Origin: an uncultured Acidobacteriota bacterium
Lineage (GTDB): Bacteria; Acidobacteriota; Blastocatellia; RBC074
Length of the DNA: 64,000 nt
Direction of reading: 5' to 3'
Assembly (NCBI GenBank): GCA_963796275.1
Contig: CAWCKY010000006.1
Span: 2,560,001-2,624,000, forward strand
Part shown: positions 43,135-55,162 of the stretch, in pieces
Numbering within the stretch: the stretch's first letter is position 1
How the letters are laid out: each line of letters starts with the position of its first letter
Notes under the pieces: generated by a model
What the model saw: only the letters and a program-made list of their open reading frames with translations
Told to the model about the DNA's origin: nothing
The model's database searches: none
Position numbers and translations under genes: made by a program

Positions 43135-44439
43135 TCACGACCGGCTCGGTTCGACCCATTTGCCGTTGAGCATGACACGTTTAATGCGCCGCATCGCCGC
43201 CAGGTCTTTGAGCGGGTCGCCGTCAATCAGAATAAGATCGGCGAGCTTGCCTGCTTCGATACTGCCCAGCCGGTCGGCGATGCGGAAGAACCGCGCGTTC
43301 TCCATTGTTCCCGCCACCAGCGCTTCCATCGGCGATAGGCCACTGGCGACCAGTAATTCCAGTTCACGCTGATAAGCCCATCCACGTTCAGCGTACGGCA
43401 CGCTCGAGTGTGACCCAACGACGACACGCCCGCCTGCGCGTTTGACCATTCCGACAAATTTGAGCATCTGGCCGAAAGCGCGCACCTGCGTCTCAGACGC
43501 TTTCATGTCGCCCGCCTGTTTTTCAAACACGGCCAGCGTGGGAGAAACGAAGGTTCCGCGTTGCGCAATCAATGCTAGCAGTGGGTGCACGCGCGGCGCG
43601 TTCAGATCAAGCTCGCTCCATACCTTGTAACGTCCTTCGCGGCGCGCGTTGTTGTCGGCGATCATGGCTTGGCGATACTTCTCGGCTTCGCGCGGCAGCA
43701 CTAGCGCCGGGCCGAATGAAGTGACGTGTTCGATCCCGTCAACTCCCGCGCGGATTGCGTCGGCGGCGTCAACGATTTCCAAGTGCGCGGTTACAGGTAC
43801 CCCGCGCGCGTGCGCTGTTTCAACAGCGACGCGAATCAAACCCAACGGCAAGCGGAAGTAAACTTTGATGACCGATGCGCCCTGTTCCACAAAGCGATTG
43901 ACCGCGAGGCGCGTCTCTTCGGCATCCCGCACAATAAAAGCGTCATGTGGGTAAGCGGGCGGCGCGTCGTCCAAGTGCGGGCCGGCGAGAAACAGGCGTG
44001 GCAGCGGCTGACCAGATTGTCGCACGCCGTCGTAGGCTTCTATCCACGCGCCGGGATCGCGCACTGATGTGACTCCCTGACTGAGAAAAAGCGACGGCAA
44101 TCCTTCGTCGCCGTCCAGATGAAAATGCGCATCAATCAACCCGGGCAGCAAGGTCAGCCCGCTGGCTTCGATGATGGCGGCGGCTTTGGGAATGGTGACC
44201 GCACCGCGTGCGCCAACGGCGACGATCTTTTCGCCGCGCACGATAACGACCGCATCTTTCACAGGCGAGTCCCCGCGTCCATCAATCAAAGTCGAGCCGA
44301 CGATGGCAATCGTTTGGTTTGCGGCGGGTTTCGCGACTTCATTGACTTCGCGCATCGAGACCCGAGGCTGCGCGGCGAGACTCGCGCTCACCACGATCAG
44401 CGACAAGAGTAAAATATGGATTCGCATCTTCGGCTTCAT
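43135..44439 (-). CDS. Exported amidohydrolase family protein
   Basis: LLPGLIDAHFH, GVTSVRD, IKVY, VTAH, GIEH, GSIEAGKLADLILIDGDPL. Confidence 0.9.
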   Translation of the reverse strand: MKPKMRIHILLLSLIVVSASLAAQPRVSMREVNEVAKPAANQTIAIVGSTLIDGRGDSPVKDAVVIVRGEKIVAVGARGAVTIPKAAAIIEASGLTLLPGLIDAHFHLDGDEGLPSLFLSQGVTSVRDPGAWIEAYDGVRQSGQPLPRLFLAGPHLDDAPPAYPHDAFIVRDAEETRLAVNRFVEQGASVIKVYFRLPLGLIRVAVETAHARGVPVTAHLEIVDAADAIRAGVDGIEHVTSFGPALVLPREAEKYRQAMIADNNARREGRYKVWSELDLNAPRVHPLLALIAQRGTFVSPTLAVFEKQAGDMKASETQVRAFGQMLKFVGMVKRAGGRVVVGSHSSVPYAERGWAYQRELELLVASGLSPMEALVAGTMENARFFRIADRLGSIEAGKLADLILIDGDPLKDLAAMRRIKRVMLNGKWVEPSRS

Positions 44440-44699
44440 TTGTTTGGTGGCGGCTGGAAGCTACATACTTCCGCTGCCGCGGGCTTGAAACTTAATCCAG
44501 GAGAAATAATACCTCGACAGTAAAATTACTTTAGTATCACTTTAGAATATTCATTTCGATGCGGTTCTTTGATAATAGCCAGGCCACTCGACGCGGGGAA
44601 GGCGCCGGTTGGGTGGACCAATTACCGCGCTCGACTCGAGGCCATAGGCCGCTCTCGGTATATCTTGCATAGTACCAGCTTTTGATGCCCGGGCGTACT

Positions 44700-45010
44700 T
44701 CGGCAGCGGCTTATCCACCCGCTCCTGCTTGCGTTCGAATTCTGTCCGCCAGACCTCTAAAACACGTTGCAGCCCATAGCCATTGCCCGAGTAGCCTCGC
44801 GCTTTGATTTCAGCCAGAAGGTCTTCAAATCGATGACACCCTTCTTCCATCGGCGTCTGACGTAAGGTAGATATATGTCGATTGGAGATCGATCTCCCTG
44901 TGGCTTGGCGCGTTCGGGAAAACCTTCGGCTGTAGCGTACTTCTGCGCTGTCAACCAATGAATGTTCAATCGCCTTGCAATTTGGTTTGTTGTGCAAGCC
45001 TCGGGCAGCC
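44700..45010 (-). mobile_element. ISL3-family transposase internal fragment
   Basis: QIARRLNIHWLTAQKY...FPER...IDIYLPYVRRRW and, in a shifted frame, EEGC....LAEIKARGYSG. Confidence 0.6.
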
Positions 45011-45244
45011 AAACGCCAACGTAGCGCGTGGTGAATCCGGATGATTGGTTACGGTCATAGTTTTCTAATTTCCCATTGACATCCGACAAATCGTCAATTA
45101 CGCTCTGCCTTGTCGAGTATCGAGGGGGCATATAAAAAAACAAAAACCGATCTGTTGCCAGGAACCCTCAACCTGCTAGTGTTCGAGAGGATACGGCATG
45201 CGATTGATGAGGAGCATGCTCTTCGGCTTAAGCGCGAATGATTT

Positions 45245-45358
45245 CGCAACTTTGGAATCATCGCATTGCTGGTGACATCCGCCTTCCTCCTCGCCTGTCT
45301 GATTCCGGCGCTGCGGGCGACCAGGATGGATCCCATGATTTCGCTCCGACATGATTGA
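45245..45358 (+). pseudogene. 3' tail of an ADOP/MacB-type ABC permease
   Basis: FGIIALLVTSAFLLACLIPALRATRMDPMISLRHD* matches the ACxIPARRAxxVDPxxALR terminus. Confidence 0.75.
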
Positions 45359-45445
45359 CGAAACTTTACCGCCGTTTTCACGCGACGGAAGGTTTTGATG
45401 ATTTTCCGTCTATTCCGTATTCTCTCTTTACCTATGGAGGAAGCT

Positions 45446-47245
45446 ATGAAAAGAATTCTTTCCAGGATGCCGATTCTCGTATCTATCTTCCTGCTGGCTG
45501 GTTTCAGTCAATCCAGCACCGAATCACGGATCAAAAGCGTAGAGAAAGGGTTGCTGCCTCCGATACTGATCAAGGGCGATGCAACCTGGACCATCGAAGA
45601 GAGGATGAAGCACTACAATGTGGCGGGCCTCAGCGTAGCCGTCATCAACAACTTCAAGGTCGAATGGGCGAAGGCCTATGGCCTGAAAGATATCGAAACG
45701 AAGGAACCAGTCTCGACAGAGACGCTCTTCCAGGCCGCATCAATCAGCAAGCCCGTGACCGCCATGATCGCGTTGAAGAAGGCTCAGGAGGGCAAGATCG
45801 CGCTCGATGAAGATATCAATAACAGGTTGACATCGTGGAAGCTGCCGGATAACGAATGGAAAAAGAAGGTTACGCTCGCCAACCTGCTGACCCACACCGC
45901 CGGCCTCACAGTACACGGTTTTCCCGGATACGCAGTCGGTGAACAACTCCCTACGGTCCCACAGATTCTCGACGGAGTCGTACCCGCAAACACGGCTCCC
46001 GTGCGAGTAGACATGGAGCCGGGCACGAAGTTCAGATACTCCGGCGGCGGGACGACAATCGCCCAGTTCGCGATCATGAGTATAGAGAAGAAACCATACC
46101 CACAGATTGCTGAGGAGACCGTGTTGGGGCCATTGAAGATGACCAACAGTACTTATAACCAGCCGTTGCCCGATGATTGGAGGAAGAAGGCCGCCTCAGG
46201 CCACCGGGGAGATGGAAATCTCGTCAAAGGCAAGATTCACATCTACCCCGAAATGGCGCCGGCGGGCCTGTGGACGACACCGACCGATCTGGCAAATTTC
46301 GCCATCGAAGTCCAGCTCTCGCTGGCCGGCAAATCGAACAAAGTGCTGTCAAAAGGGATGGCAGAGAAGATGGTCACCCCATTCATTGAAGATTTTGTCG
46401 GGATGGGCTTCTTTCTGGAGAAGCATGGCCAGGCGCTCTACTTCGGACACGGTGGTTCGAACGAAGGCTTCAAGTCGCAGTTGCTGGTCCATAAAGATAA
46501 AGGTTATGGCGTCGTGGTCATGGTCAATTCTGACAACGCCCCGATCATCAACGAAGTCATACGAAGCATCGCGCGCGAGTATGGCTGGGAAGATTACCTG
46601 CCAGCGCCTTATGAAATCACATCGATCGTGCCGGAGAAGCTCGACCAGTACGACGGCCGTTATCAGATCGGCCCGGATAGTGTATTACAGGTGGCCACGG
46701 AGAACGGTAAACTCTATGTGCAGCCGACAGAGGGCCCTAAATTCGAGATATTCCCGGTCTCTGAATCCGACTTCATCGCCAAAAAAGAGAATTTCAAATT
46801 GACCTTCGTCAAAAATCCGGGTGGCAAGGTCGATACCATAAAGATAGAACCCAGCGGCGGAAGATCTTTCGAGAGCACCCGGATGGCTGATGGCGCCCTG
46901 ATCCCTTATGAGAAGTTGATGGCGGGCAAGATCGTAGAGGCTCTCGAAGATTATCGTAGAATCAGAGGAGAAATGCCCGAATTACCGGCGATCCAGGAGT
47001 GGAGGCTTAACACACTCGGTTATTCGCTGATGCAGCAAAAGAAGATGGCAGAAGCGATTGCGATCTTTAAACTGAATGCCGAGTTCAATCCCAAGTCATC
47101 CAACGTCTATGACAGCCTCGGCGAGGCTTACATGACGAATGGGGATAAGCAGCTGGCCATTACGAATTACAGAAAGTCGTTGGAATTGAATCCGAAGAGT
47201 GAAAACGGTGTTCGGAAGTTGAAGAACCTCGAAAACAAAAGATGA
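45446..47245 (+). CDS. Serine hydrolase (beta-lactamase class C-like) with C-terminal TPR
   Basis: FQAASISK (SxxK), LLTHTAG, FRYSGGG, HGGSNEG; C-terminal NVYDSLGEAY...YRKSLELNP. Confidence 0.9.
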   Translation: MKRILSRMPILVSIFLLAGFSQSSTESRIKSVEKGLLPPILIKGDATWTIEERMKHYNVAGLSVAVINNFKVEWAKAYGLKDIETKEPVSTETLFQAASISKPVTAMIALKKAQEGKIALDEDINNRLTSWKLPDNEWKKKVTLANLLTHTAGLTVHGFPGYAVGEQLPTVPQILDGVVPANTAPVRVDMEPGTKFRYSGGGTTIAQFAIMSIEKKPYPQIAEETVLGPLKMTNSTYNQPLPDDWRKKAASGHRGDGNLVKGKIHIYPEMAPAGLWTTPTDLANFAIEVQLSLAGKSNKVLSKGMAEKMVTPFIEDFVGMGFFLEKHGQALYFGHGGSNEGFKSQLLVHKDKGYGVVVMVNSDNAPIINEVIRSIAREYGWEDYLPAPYEITSIVPEKLDQYDGRYQIGPDSVLQVATENGKLYVQPTEGPKFEIFPVSESDFIAKKENFKLTFVKNPGGKVDTIKIEPSGGRSFESTRMADGALIPYEKLMAGKIVEALEDYRRIRGEMPELPAIQEWRLNTLGYSLMQQKKMAEAIAIFKLNAEFNPKSSNVYDSLGEAYMTNGDKQLAITNYRKSLELNPKSENGVRKLKNLENKR

Positions 47246-47381
47246 GGAGGATGCAGTATTTGAAAAGTGTGACGCTCCAGAAACTGTCATAACATTTAAT
47301 ATCTTCTCAACCGACCTGTGGTATTAATACGCCCATTCGTTAGCTGTCCAGATAACGGATTACACTACACAGGCGATATAT

Positions 47382-49489
47382 ATGAATCCACACATTCTCT
47401 ACTTCTCGACGGTAATAGTTCTATCGACATCAATTATTTCACCATGCTTCTTCCAGGAAAGATTTGGCTTTCCGGGACTGACGCCGCCAACACAGTCGCC
47501 AGGGTATATCGGCGCAGTAAACGCGCAAAAGGGCGAGAGGCGAAAATTGATTGACGGGAAAGCGATCGAGGCAATAATGCCGAAGGTTCTCAAAGAGGGG
47601 AATCCGACGAAGAGCAGGTGGACCACAGAGGCTACAGATGAAGGACGCAGCCTGGGGCTCGCCATGCATGCGGAAGTTTTGGGACTGGCGCCGGAAGATA
47701 TAGATCATGCGATACGCGAGTGGGGCGTAAAACGGAAGACCGATACTTACATGGGCTGGCGGCTCTCTATGAGAAGAACTACCCGACAGCGACCAGATTG
47801 CTGACGCAAACCTATGAAAAGCGAAAAGACTCGGGACAGCAGGATGAAACGGACCTGGCGGACGCCGCATTCTTCCTCGGTCAATCTCTTTACGGCCAAC
47901 ATAAGTACGGCGCGGCCGCGGACAAGTTTCATGAAGCCGCATTACTGAGAGAAGACGATCCATACGTCTTAAACTGGCTTGGGATAAGTCTTCATCAGAT
48001 AACAGAGTACGCGGAAGCCGAACCGCTGCTCGAGCGCGCGCTCAAAATTCGCGAAAAGGAGCTGGGCGAGAATCATCCGTCCACCTCAACCAGCCTCATC
48101 AACCTGGCGAGGCTCTACTACGCAGAGCGGAAGCCCGCAGAGGCAGAACCGCTGCTCGAGCGCGCACTCGAGATCCGCGAGAAGTGCCTGGGCAAGGGGC
48201 ATCCATCGCTGGTTGCCACGCTTCAGGATCTCGCCGCCGTCTATCAGTATCGAGGCAAGGATGGGGAAGCCGAATCTCGCTTGAGGCGCGCGATCGACAT
48301 TCAGGAGAAGGCGCTGGGCGTGGATCACCCGGCCATTGCACGGAGCCTCGAGGAGCTCGGGAGATTCTTCTCTACCAGGGGCTTTTTCCAGGAGTCCGAA
48401 CCGTTCTACAGGCGCGCGCTCGTGATTCGCGAGCAGAAGCTGGGCAAGGACCATCCGGATACCATCGGTAGTTTTCTGATGGTGCTTTTCAGTGGTGCGA
48501 TCAATAACCCGCAACGGTTTGTAGAGTTCGAAGCTCGCTGCCGGAACGAGTTCAATGAAAGTGAGAAGAAATGGGGGCCCGATCATCCGAAGACCGCTGC
48601 CAATCTCATTACTCTCGCAGAACTCTACTTTCACTGGCATAGGTATGAAGATGCCGAGCCGCTCTTCAGGCGCGCCCTCGTTATTCGCGAGAAGGGGCAG
48701 GGGCAGGGGCAGGGGCAGAATCACCCAACTATTATCCATATACTCATGAGGCTTGCCCGAATCTATAACGAGGAAAATAAGCTCGAGCTGGTCGAACCAC
48801 TCTACCGGCGCGAGCTCGAGATCAAGGAGCAGACGCTGGGTAAGGACCATACGTCCCTGCTCGAAAGTCTGCACCTGCTCGCCGATCATTGCGAATCGCG
48901 GGGAGAGTTCGGAGAAGCTGAAGCTCTTTATTTGCGCGCACTCGCAATCGATGAGCAAGTCCTGGGCAAAAAACAGTCGTCCAAATCTCACCTCCGCGAG
49001 AGCCTGGAGCAACTTAAGACAAAGCGGAGCAGGTATCTTGAGGCTGAATCTCAGTACCAGCGCTCACTCATGGTTCGCGAGACGGAAATGGGCCCGTATC
49101 ATCCGGAGACTGCCAGTGTCCTCGACGATTTGGGAGCTTTCTACAATTCGAATGGGAATGATAAAAAGGCCGAGCCGCTCTTGAAGCGCGCGCTCGAGGT
49201 ACGTGAACAGGCGTTGGGTCCTGCTCATCCGGAAACCGCCGAGACTCTCTGGCATCTCGCCCGAGTCTACTCCGGACTGGGTAAGTATCAAGAAGCCGAG
49301 CCGCTTTTTCGGCGTGCCATGGAATCCTATGAGAAATTACAGAGCGCGTATCAACAGGATTTAGCGTGGATGTTGAGCCGCCAGCTGCGTGAAAAATCTC
49401 CTCAGAATGTTCGTGCGCGATCTTTGCTTGGACAACTGAACCGAAGGCTCGGACACCGCTGCTCGCACATTACGAACGACTTCCAGTAG
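47382..49489 (+). CDS. Kinesin-light-chain-like TPR protein split by a one-base deletion near 47722
   Basis: Repeated AEPLLERALEIREK.LG.DHP..A..L.NLA; the upstream ORF joins as AIREWG-RKTEDRY if one G is added to tggggc. Confidence 0.75.
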
Positions 49490-49660
49490 TAGTTTCTGGG
49501 CGTCTGCGTGGTGCTCGCTCGATGACCAGAGACCGCTTGGCGTCCACTGCTATGGCTTGCGCGAAATTATTGAGGGATGTCGCGGCAAAAATGCCCTCCG
49601 GTAGCTGAACGAACCGCGCTCCTTAAGACCGAACTCGTCAAAATCCGATTAGCTCCTGAT

Positions 49661-52600
49661 TCAATACTTAAACGACTTGTCAGGATGATTGGGAGCTTTG
49701 GGCACCGGGCGTGGATCCTTCTTTATCAATTCCTCCAAATGTTTAATAGCTGCATCGAGCTGAGCATCATACCCATTAAAGGTAGCGTGAGGCAGATTGT
49801 CTACGACGATATCCGGATCGACACCGTGACCCTCGATCAGCCAATGTCCTTCGGGTGAATAGACGCCGGTCTCTGAAGCCGTCGCGATACCTCGGTCTGC
49901 CAGCTGGTTCGATGCCGACAGCCATATCTCTCCGCCCCAGGTCCGGCTGCCAATGACTTTTCCAAGGCCGAGCCTTCGGAATCCCTCGGCAAAGGCTTCG
50001 CCGTCGCTCGCCGTGTATTCATCCACGAGGACAACCAGGTGTCCACGGAACGCATACTGCATATTCCAATACGGATTTCCCACACGCGGCTGCCAGTAGA
50101 ACCAGGCTTTGCGCAGGAGCTTTCCGAGAATCCAGGAATCGATGTTGCCGCCGCCGTTGTGCCGAACATCAATGATGAGCCCCTGCCGGTTGAAGACCGG
50201 ATAGTATTCCCGCACCCATTGGGAGATGTCATTCGATCCCATTGCACGCAAGTGCAAGTAACCGATCTGTCCCTTGCCGGCTTCATCTACCTGGGAGCGC
50301 CGTGTGTACTCCCATTCCGAATAACGTAATCCTGACTCTTGCTCCATGGTGATCGGCCTGACGATACTATCCCGCCTGGCGCCGGCGGAATTAACTACGC
50401 CCAATAGCACCTGTTTGCCTGCTTTATCCCTGAGAAGCACCCCGATGTCCGATTCCGACAGGGTATCAACTCCATTGATCTGTGTAATGACATCTCCTTC
50501 GGCGACATCGACTCCCAATTTGGCAAGCGGCGATTGTAGATTCGGCAAATCCGGATCGTTTTTATAGATATGCTTCACCCGATAGCCGCCCGCCCGGTGA
50601 TCGCGTTCGAGCAGCGCGCCGAGCGAGCCAATCTGTACTTGATCGGTTCCGCGCCGCACATCGCCGCCTCTGATAAAAGTGTGAAGAGCCGACAACTCTC
50701 CCATCATTTGAGCGATGACATCGTTCAGCTCCGGGCGGTCGGTAACGCGATCGACCAGGGGAAAATATTTCTCACGCATGGCGGTCCAATCGACGCCATG
50801 CATCTTTCGGTCATAGAAATAATCGCGCTCCATTCGCCAGGCATCGATAAACAATTCACGAAATTCATCGCGTGGTTTGAGGGGGAAACTCCATTCGCTC
50901 AGATTTACGCGAGCATCTGTCAGCATTTTTGGAACAGTGAGCGCAGTCCCTTTGGCGTCAGAGTCAAAGACGTAAAACTCCTCGCCGCGCCTGATGAGCA
51001 TCTTTTTCCCATTCTGCGATAACTCATAGCCGTTTATTTCTCCGATGACAGTCTCGACCTCGATTTTATGAGTAATTTCGACTGCCTTGAGCGCTACCCT
51101 CGGCGGGAGATCGGCGGAATTATCCCGATCGAGCCAGAGTAATCGTTTGTTAGTGACCGCCAGTCCCGAATAGTTTCCCGCTGGAACCGGCGGTTCGTAT
51201 AATCGGGTGATCAACCCTTCGCGCTCGATTTCAACCTTCACGGCTTCCATCCTGGGGGGCTCGCTCTTCGCAGCGTCTCCCCCTGGAGGTTCATTCGGTT
51301 TTGGAGTCTCGGGCGCTTTCGTCGCTTCCGAGGATAATTCGTCGGGTGGTTCAAACGGTGACCGCAACCCCTTCTTCAGGCCGAGAGCGAGAATCTTCAT
51401 CGAACGGTCGAAATGTGGATCGGGTTGCCGCGGACCCCAGGGAGCGGGTACGGAACTACGGAGATTTCGATCGGAGAGAAAATAGAGCCACTTGCCGTCC
51501 GTGCTCCAGGCGGGATTACCACTGTTATAACGGTCTGAGGTTGCGGTAGTAATGGTTCCATCCTCGACGTTATAGAGCTTGATCTGGTTGAATGTATTGT
51601 CGGCCGATTCCACGTACGCAAGCCAGCGGCTATCTGGTGACCAGGAGAGATGATCGAAATCATCATTCATCGATTGTGCGATGCGCTTGTTTGACTTCGA
51701 GCGGGTGTCATAAAGCCAGAGCTGCTGATCCTTGTCCCGATGGGCAATCCAGTTACCATCCGGGGATGGCCGGCCGTCCCACCGCAGAACCTTGCCGTCC
51801 GTGGTCAATCGTTCCGGGCTTCCAATTCCAGAGGCGGGGAATTTCCAGAACTCAAGCTCTCCTGATTCGCTGGACAGGGCAAGGATGGACTTCCCATCAG
51901 GCATGAAATGTGCGTTGCGATACCTCACCCCGGGTTTGGCTGCGACGGTTACCAGTCTTCCGGATTTCGACGGCGCAACAAATAGCATGCCGCGCGCCGT
52001 AAAGACAACAGCATCGCCGTCGGGAGAGAGACCGGCGGTTGTCAGATATTCGATCGGGCGGCGAATCCAGCGCTCTCGCAGATTGTCGAAATCTGATATG
52101 AGCGTGATCGGAATCATAGCGGTCTTACCGGAGCGAAGATCGAGCAGCCACAGATCGGCGCCGTACTGATAGACGATCTTTCCGTTATTATGCGATGGTG
52201 CTTGGATATCCCATCCGCGATGTTTCGTATGTTGTCTCAGGTCTTTTCCATCAGGATTCATTGACCAGATGTTCATTGTGCCGTCACGATCCGTGGCGAA
52301 ATAAACGCGCCCGTTCCAGAACATCGGACGAGAGGAAGTGCCCGGGTAATCCTTGGTAAGCGGAACAGCCTCACTACCGGAAGAAAAACGCCAGATGTTT
52401 TGTGCCGTCCCGCCCTGATATCGTTTGGTAGAGCTCCCCTGAAACGAAAACCGTGTGAAGAAGAGCGTTTCTCCCCGCGCATCGAAATCGCCCTCGGCTG
52501 CTTGCCACAAGGGAAGGACTTCCTGCTTTCCATCAAGAGATAATGCCACGAGCTTCGCGTTAGGCAAGGTCGAATAGCGGTTGGTGCTATAGAGTATGCG

Positions 52601-52942
52601 ACCGTCACGCGTCCACCCGGCAACCAGCACTCTTCCCCCGTCCCAGGTACGACGCACCGGCATCCCTCCATCGATCGGAATGGTATATACCTCTGCCGGG
52701 CCTTCATACTCAGCGGTGAAAGCAACGGTCTTTCCGTCAGGGGAAATCGCCGCATATGTTTCCTGACCCGGGTGCGAAGTCAGCCGTCGTGCGGCACCTC
52801 CCTCAATCGGAACAATCCAAAGATCACCTTCTGCGGAAAATACGATGGTCTTCTCATCGATTGATGGAAATCGATAATAACCAGCGCGCGGCTCGCCAAC
52901 AGCCACTGTGATAAGCGCCATTAGACACAAAAGGTATCGCAT
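49661..52942 (-). CDS. Tricorn protease homolog (S41 peptidase)
   Basis: YYRFPSI...AEGDLW, KRYQGG, two propellers, GELSALH, PDZ, IDVRHNGGG, ASDGE, TWGG, IEGHGVDPDI. Confidence 0.93.
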   Translation of the reverse strand: MRYLLCLMALITVAVGEPRAGYYRFPSIDEKTIVFSAEGDLWIVPIEGGAARRLTSHPGQETYAAISPDGKTVAFTAEYEGPAEVYTIPIDGGMPVRRTWDGGRVLVAGWTRDGRILYSTNRYSTLPNAKLVALSLDGKQEVLPLWQAAEGDFDARGETLFFTRFSFQGSSTKRYQGGTAQNIWRFSSGSEAVPLTKDYPGTSSRPMFWNGRVYFATDRDGTMNIWSMNPDGKDLRQHTKHRGWDIQAPSHNNGKIVYQYGADLWLLDLRSGKTAMIPITLISDFDNLRERWIRRPIEYLTTAGLSPDGDAVVFTARGMLFVAPSKSGRLVTVAAKPGVRYRNAHFMPDGKSILALSSESGELEFWKFPASGIGSPERLTTDGKVLRWDGRPSPDGNWIAHRDKDQQLWLYDTRSKSNKRIAQSMNDDFDHLSWSPDSRWLAYVESADNTFNQIKLYNVEDGTITTATSDRYNSGNPAWSTDGKWLYFLSDRNLRSSVPAPWGPRQPDPHFDRSMKILALGLKKGLRSPFEPPDELSSEATKAPETPKPNEPPGGDAAKSEPPRMEAVKVEIEREGLITRLYEPPVPAGNYSGLAVTNKRLLWLDRDNSADLPPRVALKAVEITHKIEVETVIGEINGYELSQNGKKMLIRRGEEFYVFDSDAKGTALTVPKMLTDARVNLSEWSFPLKPRDEFRELFIDAWRMERDYFYDRKMHGVDWTAMREKYFPLVDRVTDRPELNDVIAQMMGELSALHTFIRGGDVRRGTDQVQIGSLGALLERDHRAGGYRVKHIYKNDPDLPNLQSPLAKLGVDVAEGDVITQINGVDTLSESDIGVLLRDKAGKQVLLGVVNSAGARRDSIVRPITMEQESGLRYSEWEYTRRSQVDEAGKGQIGYLHLRAMGSNDISQWVREYYPVFNRQGLIIDVRHNGGGNIDSWILGKLLRKAWFYWQPRVGNPYWNMQYAFRGHLVVLVDEYTASDGEAFAEGFRRLGLGKVIGSRTWGGEIWLSASNQLADRGIATASETGVYSPEGHWLIEGHGVDPDIVVDNLPHATFNGYDAQLDAAIKHLEELIKKDPRPVPKAPNHPDKSFKY

Positions 52943-53168
52943 GAATTTCTCCTCGAAAAACTGTTGAAAGATAGAGCGTGAGTTGCGTCGAAATGCGTGG
53001 TTGCCGGCTCGCCGCTTAATAAAAAAGTAGTGCGAGCCTTCGCAGAGAATATACCTGCGGACAGGAAGTGTCCATCAGACCGCCTGATTAACGCGGCTGG
53101 GTTGCGATCTGCTCGGCGTCGTGCGTTTCGATGAATACGTGCGCGGAATGGGTAGCGCTCATCGTGCT

Positions 53169-54560
53169 TTATGGTGCAGCGGGGCACAGCGCGGTTTGAT
53201 GATGGTGCAGCAGGCAGCAATCAAGGCTCGGCTTATGTCGCAGTACTTCCGGCTGAATGCCTTTGCCGGTGTCGCTGACGATGATGCGGATACTCTCTTC
53301 GTCGCGTTCGACACGCAACTCGACACACCCTCCGGCGGGCGTGAACTTAATCGCATTCGAGAGCAGGTTCCAGACGATCTGCTGTAACCGAGCGGCGTCA
53401 CCCAACAGGATTGCCGGCTCTTCCCGCGTCGCGCCATTTTCACTTCGCGCTCCGCGCTCCGCAATCCGCAATTCGACGCCTTTGGCCTCTGCCGCCAGGC
53501 AAACCACGTCGAGCGCATCGGCGAGTATGGGGTTGATGTCAAGTGGGCGCATTTCCAGCCGCAGCTTCCCGCTGACGATGCGGGCGGTATCGAGCAGGTC
53601 TTCGATCAGTTGTAATTGCGTTTTGGCGTTGCGCTCAATGATGTCGCAGTACGATTTCAGTTGTGCCGTGTCGGGTTGTTCCTCGCGCAGCATGCTGTTG
53701 TAACCGAGGATCGCGCCCAGTGGCGAGCGTAATTCATGTGAGACGACGGCGAGGAATTCATCTTTGCTGCGATTTGCGGCCTCGGCCTCGGCGCGAGCCG
53801 CCTTTTCTTTGAGCAACAGTTCTTCTCTTTCGATCTCACTGCGCTTGCGTTCGGTGATGTCCCGGGCAATTTTCGACGCGCCGATAATTCTCACAGTCTT
53901 GTCTAGAATGGGCGAGATCGTCAGCGAAATGTCAAACTCGCTTCCATCTTTGCGCCGTCGCATGGTTTCGTAATGTTCAATGTTCTCGCCGCGCCTGAGG
54001 CATTCGAGAATTCGCGGCTCTTCGTCTATTCGATCCGGAGGAATAAGAATTGTCACCGGTTTTTCAATGACTTCCGCCGCCGTGTAACCGAACAGCTTTT
54101 CCGCTCCCTTGTTCCAGCTCGTAATGATTCCATTCAAATCCTTGCTAATGATGGCGTCATCTGACGATTCGACGATGGCCGCCATTTGAGCCATCGACTT
54201 TTCGGATATTTTGCGGTCTTGAACATCCGTGCATTAGCCGACCTACTCTCGCACGCCGCCATCGGGATCGAACAATGGTGTCGCCCGCGCCTCGAAGTAG
54301 CGGTACTGCTGGCTCGGCGCGTGCCAGAGCCGCCCATGTGATTCGTAAAGGGAGTGTGATTCGCGGGCGCGCAGCCAAGCGCTCCAGACGTTCTCGCGGT
54401 CTTGTGGATGCAGGGCGTCGATCCAGCCGAAGTCGCGCAATTCATCCCAGCTCTGACCCGTAGAAGCCGCCCACGCGGGCTGGGGCGTGACAAACCGGCC
54501 CTCCGTATCGACCGTCCAGGGCACGTCAGTAATGTAGAGACTAGCGAGCGATAACGCTCC
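53169..54560 (-). pseudogene. PAS-domain sensor histidine kinase, decayed
   Basis: [43 protein letters not shown]; in-frame stops in VRE*VG*CTDV; 3' end lost after the G1 box; 5' end cut at 54560. Confidence 0.85.
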
Positions 54561-54730
54561 TAGAGAGTGTTATCAATTTTTCCGCTTTGTTTGCAATGAG
54601 TTGCCGCTGGTCTTTGACTGTGATTAGCGTAATGTATGGAATGAAGGGCTTATCCAACTGATGTCAGTGATGCGGAATGGGCGCTCGTCGCGCCTTACTT
54701 AACCTGACCGAAGATGCTCCGCAGCGCGGT
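54560..54730 (+). mobile_element. IS5-family left end and transposase N-terminal remnant
   Basis: Putative end ctagagagtgttatcaa abuts the kinase breakpoint; RAYPTDVSDAEWALVAPYLT/LTEDAPQR is a typical IS5 transposase N-terminus. Confidence 0.7.
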
Positions 54731-55162
54731 TCTGAATGAAGACCTTCGAAACACATTTTGCCGTTGGTACCCAGGGATGCAACGATCGTCTAGTGAGGCA
54801 GAGCTGAAGGCAGCAGCGTAGCCCCCGTTTGTGAACGCTCAAATGGCAGGAAATCTCGGGCGCCGACTTCGGCAATGCGTGCCAGACTCCTTCTGATGAA
54901 AGGGCCGCAGTCTTCAGGAGAGCGCCATTGGCGCTTCAAGTGCTTAGTTGAGGAGGTTCAAGTGCCGGAGCTTCGGCTCAAGCTGGATCCCCGATCCAGG
55001 AAGACAGGAATGGTGGCTACTGCTGAGGGATATATCTGACCCGTGCCGATTGGTTCACCATTATCAGCTTTGAGCACAAAATAAGGCTGCCAGCTCACTG
55101 ACACACGGATTATCGGCGGAATGTCTCCTCATAAGGTTCTAACAAAGTGCTATACTAGCGCA

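Noticed and set aside
45446-47245. Antibiotic-resistance beta-lactamase
   Set aside because: SxxK serine hydrolases with TPR tails are widespread peptidase/esterase-like proteins; nothing here supports resistance.
27078-54245. In-frame TAG at apparent Trp positions in two genes, suggesting amber recoding
   Set aside because: Both genes are otherwise truncated, the kinase also has an in-frame TAA, and intact genes here use TAG as a normal stop.
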